The notes under the pieces were generated by a model. The model was not told the origin of the DNA. It searched no databases and worked only from the letters and a program-made list of their open reading frames with translations. Positions 14,682-27,961 of a stretch of DNA of 64,000 nt are shown piece after piece. Where the stretch lies: assembly GCA_951406725.2 (NCBI GenBank), contig OX597818.1, positions 7,378,001 to 7,442,000 on the forward strand, given 5' to 3'. The translations under genes and the position numbers were made by a program. This DNA comes from Octopus vulgaris. Its lineage: Eukaryota. Within the stretch, counting starts at the first letter, position 1, and each line of letters starts with the position of its first letter.

Positions 14682-16044
14682 TGTGTGTGTGTGTGTATGT
14701 ATATGCGAAGTACGTAGATAATACCAAGAAGGGTAGCAATATATCTCGTGTACTAATTATAAAGGCAAAGGGAAAAAAATAACCGCATCGAATCAGTGTC
14801 TCTGCTGAGCATTAGTCTATAATTAGTTTAATAATCTTGCAACATCTCGAAATTGTTTCCATTATAATTTCATTTTCTCAATGAACGAGGTTCACTCTCA
14901 CAATAACTTTCCAAGTTGCATCGTAATCTAATAACCGTGTTTGCTAGAAGGAATTTCCGATGTCGTTAAATATCACGTGATATTATGTCAGTCATGTGTC
15001 CTTCCGTTAATTAACACAACTTTAATATCTTAGATTCAATGTCACTGCTCTTTAAAGAAATATCATTACATTTTGCTCAGTTAGTTACACTATTTGAAAT
15101 CATATATAATATATTTTCGCGCAGCAACTTCCTGCATCATTATATGAAACGGTTTTGATTCATTCCTTAATCTTGCAACTAAACTATTCCATACAACTTT
15201 CTCCTTACACACAATACATATAGCATATCCTTGATGCTCACGTAGCCATTATGTTTTTGATAAAGATACAGAATAAAGAAGACAATAAAAATGAGTCGTG
15301 AAACAGAAATAAAACCGAGCTAACTTGATTGTGTCGAAGACATCAAAGCGCCCTGAAATTATTCTATAGAATCTGATCACAGTGAGTGGGCATTAACGTA
15401 TATAACCCTACTGACATCACGTTTTCTCTGATGTCAAGGAAGCACATCGTGTTCACGCACTTGTTTCAAACCACGGCAGTCCTTAAACAATGTACTTTAA
15501 CAAACAATGAAAAATTAGAATCCACATCTTTACACATCGTGTGGTCCCAAACCTAGAGTAGTTTCTTTTTGATTTTTTTGCAGAAAATTTTTTTGGTTCA
15601 TGTTTTCTGGATATTAAGTGAGATTTTTTTCCCAATAATTTGATGTACGTTTTAAAATTTTTAAAAATTGATTTCGTGATATTGTTCTACAATTTCTTTT
15701 AGTGCATTGTTATGTCTTCCTTTTAACTCAAAGGTTCGGTTTGCAGGTTGAAAATCTGAAGTGAAGGAGAAATGAAACAATATAGAAATGATTCATGCAT
15801 AACATAAAGTGTTCATAACTTATAAAGTAACAAAGGAAAGAAGTGAAATATACGACTTGTCAAATAATTTGCTACCGATTTGATTTGAAAACCCAGTATT
15901 CAATATAATGTTCGGAAAGTAGAAACCAGCATGCCAGGGTGTTCTGTATTTTAAATATCTGGTTTAGGAAATTACACCAGAGTCCATTGTTGGTAAAAAT
16001 TTAGGTGAACGGTATTATTTTACCCAACGGTATTATTTTACACA

Positions 16045-16278
16045 AAGGCGGCGAGCTGGCAGAAACGTTTGCACTCCGGGCGAAATGCGTAGCCGTATTT
16101 CCTCTGCCGTTACGTTCTGAGTTCAAATTCCACCGAGGTCGACTTTGCCTTTCATCCTTTTGGAGTCGATAAATTAAGTACCAGTTACGCACTGGGCTCG
16201 ATGTAATCGACTTAATCCGTTTGTCTGTCCTTGTTTGTCCCTTCTGTGTTTAGCCCCTTGTGGGTAGTAAAAGAAATA
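16045..16278 (+). mobile_element. SINE family B with 15 bp target-site duplication
   Basis: aggcggcgagctggcagaaacg...gagttcaaattcc (B-box)...agccccttgtgggtagtaaaagaaata. The 15-mer ggtattattttacac flanks both sides (16029-16043, 16279-16293). Confidence 0.85.
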
Positions 16279-18530
16279 GGTATTATTTTACACTGCTAAC
16301 TCTGAAGTTAATTAACATTAGAGATCATCTTCTTAGGGTAGTTGCGCTTCCTTTTTTGTACATTCAAAGTCCTAATTAATTTAAACTGAACATAATATAA
16401 CAGCATTATGGCAAATGTGTCATGTTTAGAAGTAGGCCATGTAAGAAGGGATTCTCTTCCCATCATATATTTTAACAGCTATTCAGAATACCCAGTTTTA
16501 TAATAGAAGAATCAATATATTATAAATCTGATTATCAATACTAAACTGAACTCGAGGGAAGCGTGTAATACTTAATTTCCAGGTCCAATTATGTATGAAT
16601 TAGTATTGTGAGAAGCACAATTTAACGTTTTCAGTAGTGAAGATGGTGCATAAGTGCTCTAGGCAATGGGGAAGATTGTCTTCTGCATATTCTTATTAAG
16701 AGATTAATACAAATGTAATACCAATTCCATACATATAACTGCAGAATCGATGATTGTGTCGATTTCATTACAGGGTGGAGTATTTCTTATAGATAAATCG
16801 CAGAAATGTAATTTGAGCACATCAAAATGCAAATTAACGAATGAGGCCTTTATTCCTCCATTTTATAGTTTCTGCTATTACTTAGTCCAGATGAGAAGGT
16901 ATTATTCCATTATAGTATTGATGCGTTAAGTGAAAAACAGAGACGACTTTGTGAAAATTGAATAAAAACTTATAACATCGACTGTAAATAAGGGAAATCG
17001 GGATCTACCATTTCTGCCAATATACCGATAAAAGATAATTATACCATGCATTAAAACTTTGGACGGCAGAATCCATTGAACTCGAGATAGAATACCTTTC
17101 GATAGGATTTCACGTCGCTTTAGCGTGTTAGATTGAATTGAAATAGGACTGATTTGGTTTTCTTAATTTCAATGGTCTTTAAATTAGTAACTATGGATTG
17201 ATATATGTCCATCAACTCTACAGTTGGACATACCAAAGTTTCTAGAATTAGTGAAACAACTGATCGATTTCATTCCTTACGTTAGAGAAGCTAGTAAATT
17301 GCTAATTTTTAAAATAAATTACAATGAACGGGCAATAAGAAATGTGAAGATGATGTATAATATATTGTCATAAAATCAGAGTTCTCTAACCAATATTGAT
17401 TGCATTGGAGAACGAGGAATCTTTTCTGACATTAGATACATTATATCAGTTAGGTAGACGAATCCATGTGATAGCGATATGTCTTGGACAAAGACAAGTC
17501 TTCAGGTGTATTTGAAGAATAAACATCTCACAGTCCAGAATTCCATACTTATAAATACACACTGAGATTGAATACAAGGGGGCGGTAATAGAACAATTCT
17601 GCTCACTGTGATACAGCTCAAAAATTCAGATTTAGTTTAGTATATGGTGCACGCAATTAACGAGCACTAATTATCGCATGAGTGTGTTGAGCAGTAAGGA
17701 GAAAAAGGATAGGATCTTTTCTCTTCTGACTTAGCAGTTTAACGGAGTTTGCTTTGCATTTCAGCCATATTTTATATATATAAGTTCTGGAAGTGATGAT
17801 TGGCTAACTTCCACGTTAGTGCTTGTGCAAATTAGAAGCGGTTAGTTGTTTCTCAATAGAGGCAAATGCTGGAGATCATGATTTTACTGTTATTCAGAAG
17901 GAGCGATTTTCCTTTGCTTCTAATTGGAAAGGTGTATGGAAAAGCCCCAATACTTTCATAATATACAAACAAAAATATCATCACAGTCAATTCACGTGCA
18001 TGAAAATATAGTAAAGTTTCTTCAAAGCTCGGCATTGGAACTTAGAAACGAAACGTGTATGAACTAATATGTTGCTGTTTTAAGCGCGCTACATAAGGCA
18101 AAAACTGCATAACCACGACTGAAATATTGTATCCATAAATATGCAAATTTACGGTAGCACATATGAATAGATTTACGCAATAACCAAGCTAGGTATCCTA
18201 TCAGGGGTTTGTAGAATACTCGATGTGTGTCTGTGTGTCTGTGTATCTGGGTGTGCGCGTGCGTATCCTTCCGTGTGCATATATAGATACATGTGCACAC
18301 ACAGAGGCGCACACAAACACACGCACACAAAACACACACACACACACACACAAACATATATATATATATAGAGTATAAAACGGATAGGTTATATATATAT
18401 ATATATATATGTATATTTATATATATAGGGGGAGAAAGAGAGAGAGAATGTATAAAAGGGATAAGTTATATATATATGATATATATAATAGATATAATAT
18501 ATAGATATAATATATGATATATATATATAG

Positions 18531-18572
<42 letters not shown>

Positions 18573-19537
18573 AAGGATGACCTGTATGTGGGCCAGCATA
18601 CAGAATAAAAGGATACCGTATTTTCTCACAAATTCGTATAGATGCCGGTTATCCACAACGGTCCAACTATACAGAACTCAAGCTTAAAAGATATGCTGGT
18701 ATTAGTCGGCTTCTATTACGTAGTTCTGTCTTCCTATTCAGAGCTGAAAATACTCTTTATAGTATAACTGAGCTACGGGGACGTAAGCAAATCAATATTG
18801 GTTTGTTTCGGAAGCGAATTATATACCAGTTGATATTGCTACAGGTATCTATGTTATTGAGGTATGTATTTCTATTTCTACCTAAGTTTTTTGTAAAAGT
18901 GTGTAACCTATTTACCTGTTTTTTATTTACATGTACTGGGTGTACCAGCAAAATTGTCACACTCACAAATTTTTAAAACTTCTTAAAGCTAATAAAGTAA
19001 TCTATTTGCAATTTTCCACAGTTTTCCAACTATCTGGTCATACTGACACAAATGCTTGTAAGAACCAGTGAAATAGCTATTGAAGTATTTAGTGTTAAAG
19101 AAAAGAGACTGAAATCGTTTTGAAAATTCGATCTGTAGGACGTGGGAAGAGAACACTGATTAGGCATTAGTGGTAGAGCCATGAAAATGGTTGATGATTT
19201 CACTGCGAAAAGAGAAGAAACTATTGATGCCTAACAAGTAGAATTTCGACCAGAATTGTCTCTGGCATTTCAAAAAAAAAAAAAAAAAAAGAAAGAAAAT
19301 TAAAGGTTCCGTTCAAACTTTATTCCAATCCTTTCTGAGCTCCCAATCCCGAGCTAGCGTTAATTATTTACTAAAATATCATTTTCGTCCATTAACTTCA
19401 TCACGACTCTTCGGATGAGTTTGGAGAGTAATCAATACATACATATACATACATACTATATATATATGTATGTATGAATTTATGTATGTGTGTATGTATG
19501 TATATTATATATGTACACACACACATATATAGACACT

Positions 19538-20408
19538 CAAGGTCTACTCAATAGTAACGAAGCTAAAACACGCAGAGTGAAGCTACTTGGAACAGATTGA
19601 TCTTGAACTTTGTAGTGCACGTGCACTGAGTTTTAACGTTCTAGATCACTTCCGCTGTTAACAACACTGCTTAGAATGAAGGTGGGTAAGGTGTGATCGT
19701 CGCATTGACCATATCAGAGAAAGTTGTCATGGTGACATGTGCTCAGAGGCCTACACAATGTTGCAGAAAGGGTATGAAGAGTATTGTATGAGCCGCACAC
19801 AAGTGTACGAGTGGTTCAGACGTTCCCATGATAGCTGAAAAATCTTGATATTGACAAACGTTTTGAGAGACCCCCAACCAGCAGAACTAAGAAAAGCATC
19901 GCAGATGTGCTTGCGGCTGTGAGGAAAAAACTGTCGAATCACCGTCCGTGAGTCATCAAAGGATGTGCAGATTAGTTACGGTTCAGTTCAGTCCATTATC
20001 ACTGAAAATTTAGGTCTGAGACACGTGTGTGCCATGTTTGTCCCAAAACTACTTTCAGCTGACCAAAAAAAACACTCGAGTTCCAGTTGCACAAGATCTC
20101 CTTGATTGTGTCAAGAATGATGACAACTTTTTGAAAACCTTGCGTAGGCTTCTGAGTAGGTATTGCCAAACTTTTGTTAAATCTGATGCAGATTCTCTGC
20201 TCAACTTTGTCATGTTCAGTGCAACGATCACACGCTACACACCTTCTTTCCAAGCACTGCTACAAACAGCGGAAGTGAGCAAGCTTGTTACAACTTAGTG
20301 CGTATACACAGCAACGTACAAGGTCAATACGTGCATAACAGCTATAATATTCGTGCTTTAGCTTCGTTACTATAGCAACAGCCCAGATACTTATGGATCA
20401 GACCACGT
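19538..20408. mobile_element. Rearranged mariner relic made of two inward-facing 5' ends
   Basis: Inverted atagtaacgaagctaaa.cacg at both ends. + strand encodes EAYTMLQKGY..SRTQVYEWFRR..RITVRE..ISYGSVQSIITENLGLRHVCAMFVPKLL; - strand encodes VEQRICIRF (mariner N-terminus). Confidence 0.75.
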
Positions 20409-20412
20409 ATGT

Positions 20413-21116
20413 ATGTATATTATCTGCACTTATGTCGAACGCCTACTGTCACGTGTGGGACGAGTCGTTTTATCAGCCGAGTCTTTCGTCAATATTGTCA
20501 CGCCCCCTTCCTTCAAACGGGAAGGAAGTGCTATTTTCATCATTCTTGTGGCTATGGCGACAGAATGTATCTGGTGGACGCGTCTGAAAGTATTGGAGAC
20601 AAACACTTTCCTCTCTGGTCAGTCTCTCATCAACTTCTTCAAGTATCACTTGAAAAGAAAAGTGAGAGTAGAGAGGCAAGTTTTGGCTAGCGAATGTTTT
20701 AAAAAAAGATGGGTGAATGTAGCAAGGATGGCACGTATAAATGACGAAGCCACCTTGAGCATAATCCTATGAATCCGGAAAAATTTAAAACAGAGGGTTA
20801 CCTACTTGCAAACAAATGTGGTAACATGTAACATTATTGACCGAGGTTACTGTTGTCTTTTCCGTCGGCTTTTCTTTCCACGGATAAACCTTATCTCCTT
20901 CCCCCTTTACACTTTACATCATGACATTTCTGTGATACACGATCCCTATTGATCGGTCTTTTCCCTTCCTTTTTTTCTTTCCTTTTTTTTCCTTCTCTTT
21001 TACGATCCCTTTTGATCAAAAACCTACCCCACTTCTTTTTTCTCTCCCCAAAAAGAATAGCTCTGCTTTGTAATCTGTTCCGACTGTGTGCAGCCCTGTG
21101 TGGCTAATCAAGAAAC

Positions 21117-21118
<2 letters not shown>
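20413..21118 (+). mobile_element. L1/Tx1-like LINE 3' fragment (ORF2 C-terminus plus 3' UTR)
   Basis: YVERLLSR...IWWTRLK...KRKVRVERQVLASECFKKRWVNVARM is homologous to 54110-54230 (WSYVEQVLS..KRELRVLREVLSWSEFIERWAKIANM). Ends at a (TATC)n tract. Confidence 0.65.
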
Positions 21119-21119
<1 letters not shown>

Positions 21120-21205
<86 letters not shown>

Positions 21206-21206
21206 G

Positions 21207-21263
<57 letters not shown>

Positions 21264-21345
21264 TTTTCTATCTATATATCTATCTGTCTGTCTGTTTGCC
21301 TGTCTGTCTGTCTCTGCCTGTCTGTCTGCCTGTCTGCCTGTCTGT
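21120..21345. repeat. (TATC)n/(TGTC)n microsatellite
   Basis: Direct reading. Confidence 0.95.
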
Positions 21346-22085
21346 GTGGTTAAAAAGAAAATGACTATACACATACATATATACATACACCCCCACATGC
21401 GCACACGCACGCACACAGACACGCACACACATACAAACACACACACACATATATATACATACACACACAAATGACACACAATAACACACGTGTAATGCGG
21501 AGTCATTTACACGGTACATTAGCATCAGCTATACGGATGAACAATACATACATTATGAGGCATATTTTATGTTACAATGCAATAAGTCTCATGGTAATGT
21601 GAATGTTCTGCATTCGCCATATATTTCGAGAGCAGCGTATATTATTTTATAAACAATTTTGATATACCTTACAACATCCACATGCCCGCACAGACAGACA
21701 TTCAGACACATATACGTACAGAAATATGCCTTGTTGCTCCACTACATCTCAAACAGCATAAGCAACATAGGCCTATTATTTATTAATCCTTTTCGTCTAA
21801 AACCCCTTATTTACAGTTGGACTTAACCTACATATAATTAAAATATAGTTATTATTAATGAAATAATATTAATAATTGCGGGCGTTGCTGTTTGGTAAGA
21901 AGTTTTGCTTCTCAATGACATAGGCATGGGCTCAGTACCATTGCATGACACCGCAGACAATTATTTTCTACTATATATTTATATATATATATATAAATGA
22001 AAGAATGGAGTCGAACGAAGATTTTAACAAAATTCCTTTACTCTCGACACATGTTTTCCATGCTAGGATAATTCATTCACATACT

Positions 22086-22190
<105 letters not shown>

Positions 22191-22195
22191 GTATG

Positions 22196-22238
<43 letters not shown>

Positions 22239-22254
22239 GCACGTATATGTGTGT

Positions 22255-22470
22255 GTCTTTGTATATGTGTTTTTACCACACTTTGACAACCGGTGTTGGT
22301 TTATTTACTTCCCCTTTGTTTAGCGTTTCGGAAAGAGACCGATAGAATAGGTACAAAGGCAAAAAAGCTATGTAAATGTACTGGGGTCGATTGCTTAGTT
22401 TAAAAGTTGTTCGTTATGGCGGTTCTCCAACAAGGCCGCAGGTTAGTGACTGATACAAATAAAAGATAAA
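22255..22470 (+). mobile_element. SINE family A 3' part (degenerate head at ~21880-21970)
   Basis: ttgacaaccggtgttggtt...gagaccgatagaatag...ctggggtcgatt...caaggccgcag..gtgactgatacaa. Confidence 0.65.
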
Positions 22471-23487
22471 AGATAAGGACAAACATTTTATATCTTTGAT
22501 CTATGCCACATTTGCAAAAGAATTTGTATTTATTTTTGCTGCCATACCCCAAATTTAGCGCCAGAACATCAATGAACTCTCTCCCAAAGAGGAATGAAAG
22601 CACGGCATAGACTCAAGTTATGATGGGCTATCCAACTATAAAAGCAATGACCCCATATAGATAGCATAGTAATGTACATAAATGACTGAAATCACTACTA
22701 TTGCTATATTCTACCAAAATTTTGTTTTATATTCAAATTCATTATCAAATAGGTTGAATAATTTAAAACTGCTGTTAGAAAAAGCTTTAATATTTCATAA
22801 AGTGTTGTGTTCCTGAAGAACAAAGAAAGAAAGGAAAAAAAACATTCGGAACATGGGAGATATAAAATTCTGCATACTTTAAGACCTATGAATATTCTTA
22901 TTTTTCATTTATCTTTTCAATTAAGTTAATTGATCAAAAGGAAACGAAGATATTCTTTATCAAAGTACAATATATTTGCAATTCCAGAAGCACCCAACCG
23001 TATCGAATATTGTTAGGACATATAATGGTGTATTCTGATAAAAGATGAGAATGCTTTCCTTTTTTAATCTTAAGTTTTATAAACAATGCATCCTGCTGAA
23101 TTGAAAAGATATGAACGAAACTATGGAAATGTATGTACGCACACACACACACACACTCACACACATACATAGATATTTGTATTATATTTATGGATAAATA
23201 CATCCAAATATGCATGTGCATAAATAAATGCTGCTGTTACTCTCTTTCTCCCCCCCCTCATTCTGCTCTCTGTTTATGCGCGGAGGGATATATATGTGTA
23301 CTTATGTGTAACGAACTCTATTGCTATTTGCGCATATGCAAATTACGTTTCAAAAGTTACATATCCGTATTCATGTATGCATATATTGTATGAGAAATCA
23401 GTTTATGTAGGACTATACGCATGTAATCACGTAACAATGTTACTATGACGGTGTTTATAAGCATATGCATCAATATATCAATCTATG

Positions 23488-23551
<64 letters not shown>

Positions 23552-24122
23552 TGCGAAAACAAAGATAGAGAGATTAATAGAGAAGGAGAGAGAGAGGCAG
23601 ACAGGCAAGGATAAAAGTAATACATATACACACACTATGTATATGCATGTGGGAGTAATGATCATTATGTATTCCAATATATTTCAACAAGATAACGACT
23701 GAGCATTAAGTAAGTGACAAGACTTCTTTTGTTCAAATACACACACGAATGGACAGCATCAATCAGTTGTTGCAGTTCTGACAATTATTAAAGGTTTTCA
23801 TCCTTTTACAATTGGAATAAAATTTACAGAATGCGCGTTTCCTAGTTTTGTAGATTGCATATGGATAGAAGACTGCTATAGACATGTACAGATGCATTGC
23901 ATTGTAATTCGTAGAATGTGGCCTATTGTGGAGTGAAATGCAGCCCAACGTTTAAATAAGGTGCATGTGAACAATATTTTTATGGGAAAAGGAATACGTA
24001 TGTGTGCATAAATGAAGCATGCACGAAAATACGTATGCTAGCATATATACTTGCATTTAAATGCACATAAATAAATATAGTTGTGCGTACTCACGTGTAT
24101 ATGCATATATATGCATATATAT

Positions 24123-24187
<65 letters not shown>

Positions 24188-24219
24188 TGTATATATACAT
24201 ACATACATATATATATAAT

Positions 24220-25060
24220 GAAGACAATGTTCTTTATGTTGCCTGTCTCGCTTCTCTGTTTATTTCTTTCGAAGAAAGTTCATTTTTTATGCTTTTGTTG
24301 TTTTGTGTTCTCGTTTCTCATTTTGCCTACGCTTTTTTTATGCCCTGTACCCATATATGCATGTATACATGCATATATGTATGTATATATGCATATATTC
24401 ATATTATTATATGATCGAACGGCACATATCCATTTCCATGGAAGTTTTATCTTAATAATTACGATGCGCACTCTTATTCTATCTATTCTTTTTATCTGTC
24501 TCCCGTTCTTGTTCTTCTTCCAGTGGGTTTTTCTCCCCCCCCCCTTCTTTCCCTATTCTTCTCCTCTCTCATTCACTTTTCCCTGTTTCTCTCTCACACT
24601 TCCTCCTTAACTCTTTTGTTGCTCACACGTGACCCACGGCCATCCATCTTTCTTCCACGTCCTATCTAAAGACAAAACGTGCTTTTACCTGTCTTCTCAA
24701 ATCTCGTTTTCCCAGCGTTTACCACTTCACATTGTCTTGGCTTAACAGCCCTCACCATTTGCTTTTACTGTTTTGTTCTCACTGTCCTGTTTTTGTTACC
24801 ACTTTCATCCTCCGCAAAAAATCCCAAATTTTATTCAATAAAATTTGCGGGAAGGACTGTTTTAACGAAGTCGCGACTTGTCCCCACCATCGGAACGCGG
24901 AGAAGATAAAACAGGATACAACTGTGTATGGAATGTTCTTTATATTGCCTGTCTCGTTTCTCTGTTTCTTTCGTTGTTTGAAAAAAGTTCCTTTACTGTT
25001 TTTTTCTATGTTCACGTTTCTAATTTTGTCTAGGTTTTTTTTATGTCCTGCACCATAGAG
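24220..25060. repeat. Imperfect ~130 bp direct repeats (24224-24355 and 24930-25060) flanking a pyrimidine-rich spacer
   Basis: aatgttctttat.ttgcctgtctcg.ttctctgttt...ttttttatg.cctg.acc occurs twice. Confidence 0.7.
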
Positions 25061-25150
25061 GCATGTATATACACATATATATGTCGGTATGTAGATATAT
25101 GTATGTATATATGACTATATTTATATATTATATATATGTATATATGTATA

Positions 25151-25218
<68 letters not shown>

Positions 25219-25240
25219 CATTTTCTACCTTGACTTTTCC

Positions 25241-25308
<68 letters not shown>

Positions 25309-25579
25309 AAAAGTCAAGGTAGAAAATGCTAAAATGATTTTATAAAAAAACATTTCAGACCGGTTTCAGTCATTGAGACTTTTTCAACTGTATGTGTGGA
25401 AAACAGTTAAATTTGGGAAAAATTAAAAGAAAAGTTTTTTAAAAGAATATTTGCATAGTGTTCAAATACAAGTGCCATTTTCCTTGTTTCTGCCTTTCTC
25501 TGTCTCTCTTGTTTACTCTGGTGGGTTCGAGGTCGGTTTGAATTCTTGGTAGGGAAGAATAATAATATATATATATATG

Positions 25580-25790
25580 AGTGTCAGTGTGTTTGTCGCC
25601 CATCATCGCTTGATATTTGATATGGGTGTTTTACGTCCTCGTAAATAAACGGTTCGGCAAAAGAGAAGGATAATAAAATAAGTACCTAAGTACTAGGCTT
25701 GCAAAGAATAAATTCTGGGTTCGATTTGTTCGAGTAAAGGTGGTGCTCCAGCATGGCCGCAGTCAAATGAGTCAAACTATAGAATAAATG
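25580..25790 (+). mobile_element. SINE family A 3' part
   Basis: cggttcggcaaaagaga...aaggtggtgctccagcatggccgcagtcaaatga. Confidence 0.75.
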
Positions 25791-25800
25791 AGTATAAGTG

Positions 25801-25846
<46 letters not shown>

Positions 25847-26766
25847 GTGCATGTCCGTCTCTATGTATGCATGTATGTGTGTATATAGAGTACAGTTGAT
25901 ACTTCGTAGCTTGAAAGCATATGCATTTGAGAAAGGAATTTATCTGTTGCTCAGAAATAAGAACATCTGTGCTGTCTGTTGCAAAGCTTGTTAAAAATTA
26001 ACGTGAAACCAACTTTGCTTATTTAGATAAGTATGTGTGTATGTGCTGATGTGTATTCACAGATATACAAACTAAAAGCAAATATGAACACACACGGTGT
26101 TTTATCTGCGCCTCAATCCTTAGAGCCGGAAGTAACATGAGAATAATGTTAGACAGACAGACTGATAATCAACCAGGCAAAGAGGTCGATAAAGTGGTAG
26201 ATAATGGTAAAAATTACAAACGATATAAATTACGATACAAACGACTGTCTCGGAAATATGACCGATAAACAATTTTAAGAAATGCAGACTGAAATTTCAA
26301 ATAGATGAACTTCACAGAAATAATCTTCTTGAATCCTGGCTACAGAATACGATGCAAGTAAATCAAACGTTGCTAATGTTAACCTAGTCTGAATTTATTT
26401 TGTTTTTGAGAAGGCACTTTCTCAGAAAGCACTTTTGAGTCAGTTTAATTGACTATAATTAGAGGGTAGATATTGCAATACAGACATCTTTTTAGTGCAA
26501 ACATATTCAAATGGCATGATATTCATCCACTGACTGAGACGAATTGATGCTTCACTCTTTCTTCATATGTAAATAAGAATGTTCGCGTGAAGGGGTGTAT
26601 TTGTATGAATGCGTATTTATTCGCGCGCGTGCGTGTGTATGCGTAAGTGAATAAATTAGTTTAAGGTGTAACGTTTTATGTGATATGCAATAAAGGTTTT
26701 CGAGTATCATATATATCAACATTTCAAAACTTCAATGCGGTATACTTATGGTATATATTGTATACA

Positions 26767-27950
26767 CACTGAACCGCAAAAGAAACGCGAGATACACGTG
26801 ACTGTGAAATATGTTCTAATTTCATTATGCTAGAAATAAATTTTGATAAATCTGATAAAGTCAGTTTCTTGGATGCACTTTGACCACAGTCTATGGGTCG
26901 TGGTCATGTGTTTTGGTAGTGGGCGGATCCAGTACATCGAAATTGTAGGACGTGACAAGTTCACCTCCATGTATTCCCTGGTTGTTCAACACATCGGTAC
27001 ATGGAGTGCATAAAGCGGTTCATAAAACCATTAGCACCCTGAAGAAAGCGCCCTCGAGTTCCACACGAGTTGTCGGCCTTGGGAGCACCTGGCTCAGACG
27101 TCTCTGGATTTCATCCAACAAGTGTTCAATTGGGTTCAAATCCAGGCTGAGAGTCGGCCACGGTATGGTTCTAATGTTGTGCTGTTGTAGGAAATCCATG
27201 ATGGCACTGATCGTGTTGGAGGGAATATTGCCCTGTTGGAACATGTGGCTATGGTGACGCGCGTAGAAGGGCACGGTGTGAGGCCTTAGGATCTGTTCAA
27301 CATAGCACCGTGCTGTGATGCCATTCCGTCTGCCTGCACCAACATTTTGGAACACATGGGGCCCAATTCTCTGCTTCAGGCCTATAGCATCCCAAACCGT
27401 AAAGCTTTGTCTAGCCCATGCTTCTCTCTCCATGACACATGCATCTCTGTAGAGTTCACTCCCCCTCCTACGCCAACCCCCCACTCTGCCATCCGAGGTG
27501 AAAAGGCAGTACCAGCTCTCGTCAGAGAGAACTATCGACCTCCATACTTGATGCCACAAAAGTCGGTGCTGTGTAGCCCACTGTTGTCGTGCCTGATGGT
27601 GGCGGGCGGTGAGGATAGGCCCTCGAGCAGGACGACGGCAACAGAGATTGGTGTCGTTGCTGATGAGTCGCTGTCTAGCGCTAATGATCTCTTGAGCAGT
27701 CACACTGATCGGTCTGAGGCGATCACAGAGGTGTTGCAAGTGGATGAAGCGGTTCTGCCTGGGCGTGGTCACCGGGTAGTGCCTTCTGCGGGCACGGTCT
27801 GCAGTACTGTTGTTGTCGTATCGTTGTTGCAGGCGATAGATGATGCTACCATGAACATTGTAAGCTTTCGCAACAACCAGGGCTCGGTGCCCTGCTTGCA
27901 ATCAGCCGATAGCTTGTTCTCTCTGATCTGCTGACAATCGGGTGATACCT
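26767..27950 (-). mobile_element. Tc1-like DNA transposon with a nearly intact but probably inactive transposase (ORF 27020-27901)
   Basis: 293 aa ORF with HTH region, IVLSDESW, FQQGNIP (second catalytic D replaced by G) and WPTLSLDLNPIEHL. TIR-like cactgaaccgcaaaagaaacgc at 26767; the other end is cut by a LINE insertion. Confidence 0.85.
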
Positions 27951-27961
27951 GATGCGCCCAA

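Noticed and set aside
27020-27901. Tc1 ORF as an active or domesticated transposase gene
   Set aside because: The second catalytic Asp is replaced by Gly, the N-terminus is frameshifted and one TIR is lost.
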